A stretch of 64,000 bases of DNA from Eledone cirrhosa (lineage: Eukaryota): assembly GCA_964016885.1 (NCBI GenBank), contig OZ024742.1:57784001-57848000 (forward strand), written 5' to 3'. Position numbers and translations under genes: made by a program. Every line of letters starts with the position of its first letter. The stretch's first letter is position 1. The notes beneath the pieces were generated by a model. It made no database searches. It saw only the letters and a list, made by a program, of their open reading frames with translations, and was not told the DNA's origin. Positions 54,735-64,000 of this stretch are shown here, piece after piece.

Positions 54735-55200
54735 CTCGGGGGACTGAATTGATGCTCTGCCTGTGGCTAACATTTATGGTCTTCTTAGTCTGGATGAGCT
54801 CCGCATCACCATGGCACTCTGAGTGGGACCCAATGTCTGTGGAGAGGCCTCCATAATTCCCTCGCCCCTGGAAATATCCCCTCAGTTCTAGAGCCGACTG
54901 GAAAATCCAGAATTCATGGCAAGAGACCAGACGGTCTTATCCTTTGTCTCTAAGTAAAAGACAGGTGTTACTTAGAGTTATCTGGGACACCACAGTCACT
55001 GCTTCCGTTGCCGAACGGAATAAAATCATGAGAAGTTCTTGTCATCGTTAGTGACTCACCTTACCAGATTGTCATGGGATGCCCGTGAGAATGCCTGGTG
55101 GTTTCAGCGCCTTAGTCTCGTCATCACCCACGGTAATGCTGCGAGCGTGTTGGTTTGCCTCAAAAGTTTCCCCTTGACGCTTGTGGTTTGCGGCTGATTA
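54735..55200 (+). mobile_element. Old CRE-clade relic
   Basis: GD*IDALPVAN...DELRITMAL*VGPNVC and VLEPTGKSRIHGKRPDG parallel the element at 48010-48310. Confidence 0.55.
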
Positions 55201-55369
55201 TCGAACTTGGTGAATTGATGATTGTTTTTAGTTAGTTTGTTTTTCTTCTTTCCTTTTTTTTTTTTCTCTCATTTTGACCATATATTTTTGTGCATTATAT
55301 TTGTGAGGTTTATCGCAATAATTAATTGTATTTATTATATGAGTATATATTTTCATACAACCGACCTTT

Positions 55370-58300
55370 CTGGGAGAAACCCTTCATTGTCAACAGAAGA
55401 AGCAGTTCCCTAATACTTCTTCTATCCTGTCCTTATTATGGCCTCGGAGCATCTCCCTCCCTTGCGAATTTGATCAGCTAGATATTGGAAGTTATTATCC
55501 ACCTCTATTGATCCTACCTGCATTTGAAAAATGTGCCTATCACTGACACTTCTACTATCAATTTTCCTTGAACATCTACTGCATAGTTTTCCTTTCCTGT
55601 TTGTTTGACTGCTGTCCCACTATACCTCCTGTGTACCCAAGATTTGCATTGTGTACATTTTATAGAGTGTGGTTAGAAAAAGCTACTTCACTTACAACTT
55701 TCGCTGGCACCGCTAATCCAATGGCTGGTTTCTCCTCTCCCACGTGCGTACAATCCAACTCGTTAACTGGGAGCTCCAAGACTGACGTCCACCACGTTCG
55801 CTGACCACCCTAGAGAGAGGCAGACCTGCTGGCTCTTCTGGTCGAGCACCCTTCCGGCCAAGCACCCTTCCGGTCAAGCACTCTTCCGGTCGAGCACTCC
55901 CCAGGCTACGGCCACCGCACACCACCCCCTCCCACCCCCATGATCTCATGACGTGGTACTCCGTCCACGGACACATTATTCTGGAAATTTACGGCCGTCA
56001 CCTTTCCCCTTCCCCATTGAGATGTGCAACGTGCATCTGGGGGCTTAACCCAGACTTCTTCACCCACCTGCACGAATGCATTCTCTCTCTCCACTCGCCG
56101 TTGTGGTGTCGTGCACAGGTGCCGCCACTCGTATCTGAATACTGCTCTGTGTGGCACCGATTCCTCAACCTGTCCCACCATAGGAGACATGTTGTACCAG
56201 AACACTGCCTCCAATGGTGAGATGTGGCCCCGCTCTGCCATTGCTTTGATCATCCGGTGGTGTCGCTCCACGATTCCATTTCCGCTCGGCCTGTACGCTG
56301 CTCTGAAGAAACGGTCCACCTTCCATCCATCGAGCATCTAGCGCCTCCGAGCGGAACGCTGCGCTGTTGTCCATCAGCAGTTCGTCCACAGAGCCCCACT
56401 CCAAGAATACCTCTCTCAACGTCCACGTGATTTCCTAGGCCGTTCCAGTATTCATCTCCCTCCATATCGGCATCGTCCCGGTCCACAGTCGACCATTGAG
56501 AGGTATGTTCCCTGTCGGTATTGTGTTACATCCACCGCCAATCGCGATCCACCGAGAGGCTTCCTGTTTCGAGCACACCCGGGGCGGGATCAATGGACTG
56601 AGATCGGACGCAGCCTCTAACCACTCTTTGAACACTGTGTCTGTTAATGTCCGAGTTGATTCTCCTGGCTAGGAACAGAGTCCTATCCACTCCCATGTGG
56701 TGCATGTCATGCAACCCTTTCAGATCCGACTCGGTCAGCCGACACACGGCAGCTATCCCCTCTTCTACCTCCTCCGGCGCTTCAACCTGGTTAAAACGTC
56801 CGCCCTATTTTTCTCTGAGGGCACGAAAACTACGCTCAGCCTCAGGTTGAACTCGGTGGCCAGCTCTCCTAAAGTTCCCAGGCGGTGCTTTATCAGCATC
56901 TCCGCCGCCCCTCTTGTTTGCACTCTCTTCTCACTGGTGAGGACTGATCTCACCCATCCGAGTACAGTAGCCGAGTCGGTGCATATCTCGATGGTGCGCA
57001 GTCCCCACCTCAGGCCGAGGTTCACCCCTCTCAACACCGCGTCCAGTTTGGCCACATTGATGTGGTTGCAATCGTCCTTCCTAAGCCAGGCTGCATCTTC
57101 GACCTCAACACCTCCTATCTCCAACGTGACACCCAGCGCTATGCTGCTGGCATCACACCATACGGTCCCACTCTGCGATTTGGGAACATACCAGCGTCCC
57201 CGCACTGGGTCATCGGCCTTTACCCTCTCCACAATCTCCTGCATCATGGCCACCGTCCTCTCTCCCACTCTGTCACTGACATAGCTGCATGCCGTCTGGA
57301 GCCACCCAGCAATCGGGTAGTGACCCACCAACTTTCCACACGCCCAGAAAAGCTCCCGCCTACTCATACTTGGGCCCAGTTCTGGAACTTCATTTCCCCT
57401 CTGGAATACTAACACGCCCGTCCTGTCTCGCCGTAGCCTAAGTCCCAGCGCGGCTCCTCATTCCAACGCTTCTGACGGCTTTGCAGCCAGTCCATACCCC
57501 TGTAAATGGCTCGTGACCTCCGCCTCCGACACTACAGACTCGTCCACTAGGATGTCGTCAATGTAGGAATTAGTGGCCCTCTTCATCTTGTCGGCCTTTC
57601 CCAGAATGGTCTTGTGGACCGCTGCCATGATCTTCGGTGCAGAGCTCAGCCCGAAACCGAGCCTGGTCAGGCAATATGTCCGGTCCTTATACCTGACCAG
57701 CTGATACTGCCAGAGCTTCTCATCTATGTGTAATTGTAAGTATGCCGACTTTAGATCGACGATTGCGGTAGCCCCCGTCATGCGTCTCCACTGACACAGG
57801 GCTTCCCCACAGACATCCGTGACCTCGCCACCCGTGTGGCATGACACGTGCTTGTTCAGCTCCCGAAAGTCCAGTACCGGCCTCACCTTGTTCTTCGTAG
57901 GTTGCGCCACTGCCATTAACGGCAATACTCCACACTTCACCTCCTCTTTCCAGGGAAGCAGTATGCCCTCCTCAATCCATCTCTCTACCTCTCGCTCGAA
58001 CTCGCTCCTAATGTGTGTTGATAGCAGCCCACTTTCGTCTTCAGTGTTGGTGGTTCTCCCTTCCAGTACCACTCAAAAACCCATCGTTGCTCATCGAACA
58101 CGGCCTTGAAGTCTTTGTCTTGCACAGTGTAAGCGGGGTATTTCTGCTCGTGGGCCTTCTGGTTCTCCTGTCGCGTACTCACAGCGCATACCGATGCGAA
58201 GACTTTCACTACGGCAGCGCCTCTACTCGTAAGGGGCAACTACCGGCGCAGTAGTTCCCCTTGGATCGTTTCCCTGGTCGCAGCTAGTAGCGATGTGGCT

Positions 58301-59760
58301 GGTCGCTTACACCGGTAGCATATTTTTTCCGGCCTTGACTCTCTACAGTCTCTCGCCATGTGCAGGCCCTGGCACCTAAAACAGCGACCTCTAAACGTTC
58401 GCGGGCGACTGCGTGCCGTGGTTGCCTCCCTTTCACCATTTCGCTGCCAGCTGCCTTGGGCCTCTGTAATTGCTATCGCCGCGACACTCTTCTTGGCATC
58501 TTCTGCTATGTTGTGGGCTTGCTCCACTAGTGCACGCATCTCCATTTCTTTGTAACCCGGGACTTGCTGCAGTTTCACCGCTATGTCGTCTGGAAATCCA
58601 TTTATGAACGCCAACCGCACCGTGCATTCGCATTCCACCTGATATCCAGCTAACATGGCCAATCGCCGTATTTCTGCTGCGAAAATGTTTACGCGTTCAC
58701 CGTTCTATCTAATCCTTGCCAGCTTAGCAAAAGTGGCTAACGGTCCTTCCGCGAACGCTTCTATCATGCGCCTCCCTTTGGCTGTGTTCATCCATCTCTA
58801 GGAAGAGTGCCAACGCATCCCCCTCGAGGTACAGTGCCATGAGGCCAGCCACATCTTCTATCCTGTAAGCTTGCGACCAGCCGGACTTTTCGCAGCCAAG
58901 TGACAACATTGCCCTAATTGCTTCCCCCCGCTCATTTGTAATCTCATCGCCATATCCTAATTTTTGTCTTGCGGTAAGTAATAAAAAACAACAGACTCCT
59001 CTCTGTTTTTCCAGTAGCTTTGTTTTCGAGAAAGTTCTTTTTTTTTTTTTTGATCAATCAGATCTCAGTTTCCAGTGCCGAAATAGCTTGTGGTTAGAAA
59101 AAGCTACTTCACTTACTGCTTTCGCTGGCACCGCTAATCCAATGGCTGGTTTCTCCTCTCCCACGTGCGTACAATCCAACTCGTTAACCGGGAGCTCCAA
59201 GACTGACGTCCACCACGTTCGCTGATCACCCTAGAGAGACAGACCTGCTGGCCCTTCCGGTTGAGCACCCTTCCGGCCAAGCACCCTTCCGGTCAAGCAC
59301 TCTTCCAGTCGAGCACTCCCCAGCCTCCGGCCACCGCACACCACACCATACCCACATAGAGTTTATGCCAACTCCTTTTTTACATATCGAGCATGACCAT
59401 TTCCTTGATGGAATCAGAGTCTTGTCATCTTTCATACTGATCAACTTTTTAGTCTTTGCTAGGTTTACTCTCAGTCCTTTTGATTCTAACTGCTGTTTCC
59501 ACAGCCAAAATTTATTCTCTAACTCCTCTACTGATTCTGCTATAAATACCAGATCGTCAGCATAAAGAAGTTCCCATGGGCAGCTGGTCTTAAACTACTC
59601 TGTTATGGTTTGGAGAACTATAATGAACAAAAGTGGGCTCATGGACTCCTACTTGTATTAGGAATTCTTTACTAAACTCCATTCCTACCCTCACTTTATT
59701 GACAACTTCTGTACAGAGCTTGCACTGTCCTCACAAGCCATTCCTCTACACCAAGTTTAC
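55370..59760 (-). mobile_element. Degenerate RTE fragment split by the Gypsy insertion (55370-55667 and 59357-59760)
   Basis: WSCSICKKGVGINSI coding sequence continues across the insertion; YADD at about 59553-59564. Confidence 0.8.
55668..59356 (-). mobile_element. Ty3/Gypsy LTR retrotransposon, degenerate, with two LTRs of about 268 bp and TSD TAGAG
   Basis: LTRs 55668-~55935 and 59089-59356 (TG...CA); TAGAG at 55663-55667 and 59357-59361; gag (LYLEGDAL, two CCHC knuckles), RT (VDLKSAYLQ, YIDD), RNase H (WCDAS, CTDSAT), integrase (MDN, GNGIVER) in Gypsy order. Confidence 0.93.
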
Positions 59761-60173
59761 TTAGGGTGTTTGTATGTATGTGTGAGTAAATATGCATGTA
59801 TATTGGGTGTGTGTGTATACATACACACACACAATATACATGCATATGTATAAATATATACGTAAGTTTTTAAAAGTTATGTGTAAATATATATATATGC
59901 ATGTATATTGTGTGTGTATATATGTATGTAGTTATGTATATGTGCAGCTCTATCCCTCCAATACTAGGTGAGACAACATGTGTGGTGTGAAAAAAGATCT
60001 GCAAATCAATCTCTGTTCTTAAAAGGCATATGACCCAATTAATCCAATATTTGCAACAGACCCCGTAAATCTAAAGCTGGACTTAAAAGCCACCTAAGAG
60101 GCCATGAACAGACGTTTGGTGATGGTTGATGGAGGTGCATAGAGAGATGGCAATCATCTGCAAAGATGAAGCA

Positions 60174-60214
<41 letters not shown>

Positions 60215-60814
60215 TATATATAATTATTATAATAAAATAACAGGAGGCTACTCTTGTGTAAATCCTTGAAAGGTTTATTATACTATGATCATTTGAATCC
60301 GGTGATATCATCAGCTATTCGAAATATAACAAAGGAATATAACAGATAAAATCCATGGGGCTTAAAATCATAGACAAGAGGACGACTGACCATCTAGCAT
60401 CTTCTACTTTAGTCGGTCGCCCGCAAGTGTTGGCTATTCGGTCTACTTATGACCATCTGGTGAGGGGGCGAAAGCTTATAATGTACTACTACCTCCCCGT
60501 CAAAGAGAAAAAAGAAGAAAGAAAGAAGAAAAGTCAGCGTTAAGATCATGTTACAATCAGGCTAGAAATTAAAGCGAAAAAAGTTTTTCCAAAGAACCTA
60601 TATCGTAACAGAGGCATATATAGTGGGCGTCTGTATGGTATAATGTGTGAACAGAAAATTGGAATGTTAAACTTATGTTTAGAGTTATAGGATGATATTT
60701 TAAAAAAATTAAAAATAATTAAAAAATTGAAAAAAAAAGTTTAATTTTGGTTTGCAAGATTTAGTTAAAGAATTTATATATATATATATAGATGTTTATA
60801 TATATATATATATA

Positions 60815-61240
60815 TCATCATCATCATCATCGTTTAACGTACATCTTCCACGCTTGCATGGGTTTGGACGGGAATTTTCCCACTTGAGGCAAGATTGGTT
60901 GTTTTGCTCGTATAGGACTGTCTGGCGGGTTTTCTATGCCCTTCCAAACACCAACCACGTTTACAGTGTGGACTGGGAGGTTTTTACCGTGTTACCTACA
61001 CGGCCACATTACAGCGTGGACTGTGTGTTTTTTTGTCGTGACACCTACATGACCTCATTTATTTCGGACTGGATGTTGTGGTACCAACATAACTTTACAT
61101 CGAAAGGGCATCCAGCCGTAGAAAACCCGCCAGACAGTCCTATACGAGCAAGACAACCAATCTTGCCTCAAGTGGGAAAATTCCCGTCCAAACCCATGCT
61201 AGCGTGGAAGATGGACGTTAAACGATGATGATGATGATCA
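60815..61240. mobile_element. Two RTE 3' tails joined head-to-head (foldback)
   Basis: 60815-60935 is the near reverse complement of 61118-61240; (CAT)n at left, (GAT)n at right. Confidence 0.8.
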
Positions 61241-61549
61241 TCATCATAAGTCTTCAAAAGTATAGACATTTCCAGCTTGCCATTGCCTCTGCACACAAAA
61301 ACTCCAATAACACCACTATAAGATATGATGCCTATTCACAAAAGTTTGGAATTGATATTTAAAAAAAAATTATTTACAAGAAACAAAATAAGAATAAGAT
61401 TTAATAATGTAATTTTGATTTGATATATTACAAAAAATATTTTCCAATTTTCCATTTTACATTGAGTAATATTGAAATGGAGAGTTTTTCTCCATAAATT
61501 ATATCACTGATTTAAAATCAATCATCATTTTCTTGCAAAAAAAAATGTG

Positions 61550-61579
61550 AACGCAGCAAGGCACGGGTAATTCGGCTAG
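61550..61579 (+). mobile_element. Possible Helitron 3' end
   Basis: gcaaggcacggg-taattcgg-CTAG|T; hairpin degenerate. Confidence 0.35.
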
Positions 61580-61599
61580 TATATATATTTATATATATA

Positions 61600-63897
61600 T
61601 CATCATCATCGTTTAACATCCATCTTCCATGCTAGCATGGGTTAGACGGGAGTTGTCCCAATTTGAGGCAAGGTTGGTCGAGTGACCGTGTCTCACTCAT
61701 ATAGGACTAACTGGCAGGTTTTCTATGGCTGGATGCCCTTTCTAACACCAACCACATTTACAGTGTTACCTACACGGCCACATTACAGTGTGGACTGTGT
61801 TTTTGTCGTGACACCTACACTGGATGTTGTGGTACCAACTTTACAGTGAGAGAGTGGTGTTGGTGAGTGGGAGGATGGAGTAGGGGTAGTGGATTGGGGT
61901 GTATATTTGGTTAAGAGGTGCCTACTGACTGTAGGTTTCGCTTTGTACATAGGCAAGGCGGGTCTTCTGTATTACTGCGTGGAGCCAAAGATCTTGGTCC
62001 AGTGACATTGTCTTAGAGAGGTGCAAGTGTGTAAGGTCAGAATTTATCAAATCGTCCCAGGTTTTCTGGGTCTACCTACTCCGAGACTTCCATCAAATTT
62101 GATCGCCCTGCACTTTCTTATACAGCTGTCGTCTTTCATGTGTATCATGTGACCATACCAACATAGTCTTCTCTCAAGTAAACAGTATCTGATCTCTCTT
62201 ATTCCTAATTTCTCACTTAGTTCATTTATGTTTTGCCGCATATATTACTATTACACATCCAACGGAGCATGCATGCTTCGTTCCTTTCCAGTCTGCGCAG
62301 GTCCTCTGCACACAATGCCCATGTCTCACTGCCATGTAACATTGCTGTTCATATACAGGCATCATACAATCTGCCTTTCATTTTTAGAGAGAAACCTTTT
62401 GTGGCCAACAGCGGTATAAGCTTTCTGAACTTTTTCCATCCCATTCTGACTCTGGCTACTGTACTTTCAGAGCACCCTCCACCACTGCTGATTTTGTCAC
62501 CCAGGTAACAGAAAATGTCCACTATTTCTGTAGAACCATCTGGGCAGTAGAAGGAGCTAGTATCCTGTGGGCACTTGCTACTTATTGCACCTGAGCATCG
62601 GCCACATATAAAATCTACGTTCTTAGATAGTTTACCTGTGATCCCACTACATCTTTTATGTACCCATAGTTTGCATTTGGGACATAAAATGGAATTTCTA
62701 CCTACTTCTTTCCTACACACTGAGCATGGCTATTTCCCAGAGGGCACCTGTGCCCTATTTTCCTTTCTACAAGCTAGAACTTTAGTCTTAGACAAGTTAA
62801 CTTTAAGGCCTTTTGATTCTAGGCCATGCTTCCATGTTTGGAATTTCTTCTCTAGTTCAGCTATGAGAGTTAGATCATCTGTGTATAGGAGTTCCCATGG
62901 GCAGCCGGTCTTAAACTCCTGTTATAGCCTGAAGGGCAATAATAAATAGGAGGGGGATAAGGACATGGCCTTGATGAACATCAACTTTTACACTAAATTC
63001 TTCACTATATTCATTGTTAATTCTAACCTTACTGACTCTTTCTTTATACATGGCTTGTATAGCTCTCACAAGCCATTCATCTACACCTAGTTTTCTAAGA
63101 GCCCACCAGATAATGGAGCAGGGGACTCTGTCAAAGGCTTTCTCCAGGTCTACAAAAGCTAAGCAGAGGGGTTTACTTTTAGCTAGGTACTTCTCCTGTA
63201 GTTGTCGTACAAGGAAAATATCGTCTGTGGTACTTTTACCTGACACAAACCCAAACTGCATTTCATCTAGATCAATTCGCTCTCTGATTAGTTGCGCTAT
63301 AACTCTTTCTGTGACCTTCATGACCTGGTCAACTAACTTAATGCCTCTATAGTTTCCCCTATCTTGAGCATCCCCTTTACCCTTGTCGCAGTTAATGATG
63401 ATGCTGCTACGCCAGTCTTTTGGTATGACCCCATTCTGTATTACTTGGTTTACTATACGGGTGACCATAGTATGACCCACCATTCCAGATGCTTTCAACA
63501 TCTCACCAACTATCTCCGAAGGCCCAGTTGCCTTGCCTGTCTTCATATCTTTGATTGCCTTACTTATTATACTACCTTTAACTTGCACCGCTGGTCCTTC
63601 TATTGGATCGATTTGGGGCAGACTATCTTTTTCCCATTTATTCTCCTCATTTAGTAGTCTCTCGTAGTGACACTTCCAAGCTACCTTCTTATCAGTTTCA
63701 GTGAGGGCAAGTACACCATTATCATAACGGACACACTTCTCCCCGACAATATTACGGTTTTCTTGATACATTGTCTAGCAACCCTGAACACCTTTACGTT
63801 TTTGGTTCTCACATTGTAGAACATACTTGAACTTTCTATCCTCGGCTTTCCTTTTTGCAAGGTACACTTGTCTTCTAGCTTCTCTCCTGGCCACTTG
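61600..63897 (-). mobile_element. 5'-truncated RTE LINE related to the 19109-21815 copy
   Basis: RT (FVDLEKAFDRV), PHD-like finger, C-terminus, 3' UTR and (GAT)n tail; frameshifts. Confidence 0.9.
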
Positions 63898-64000
63898 ATA
63901 TATATATATATATATATATAAAACGGAGAAGTTGTTGTATTCTTTGTATGGTAGTTTATTTTAATTTTTTTTTTTTTTAACATAAAATAATGAGTAATAA

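Noticed and set aside
58943-58952. TGGCGATGAG on - as a tRNA-Ser-type PBS
   Set aside because: About 137 bp away from the LTR end and overlapping the likely gag start, so not positioned as a PBS

Overview
AT-rich, microsatellite- and transposon-dense eukaryotic DNA. The repeat content (RTE LINEs with (GAT)n tails, tRNA-derived SINEs, Penelope-like elements, long TA/CA arrays) suggests a cephalopod such as an octopus; this is inference. Two spliced host genes lie tail-to-tail. On +, a zinc transporter ZnT5/SLC30A5 ortholog has 14 coding exons at 9812-35087; its N-terminal exons were not found in the window. On -, a 3-exon C3orf38-like gene lies at 50577-54441. The rest is mobile DNA: several RTE LINE copies (one 5'-inverted), three Penelope-like elements, two CRE-clade and one R4/Dong-like RLE retrotransposon relics, a Ty3/Gypsy LTR element nested in an RTE, SINEs, MITEs and Helitron-like ends. 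The most notable observations are: (i) the Gypsy element has no canonical TGG primer-binding site, but the 12 nt abutting its 5' LTR are exactly complementary to the 5' end of tRNA-Phe; (ii) an in-frame intronic duplicate of the ZnT5 His-rich-loop exon; (iii) a well-formed type I hammerhead ribozyme plus degenerate ones in Penelope termini; (iv) a U12-type intron and a GC-AG intron in ZnT5; (v) a twin-priming-like inverted RTE insertion. All calls were made by eye without database searches.
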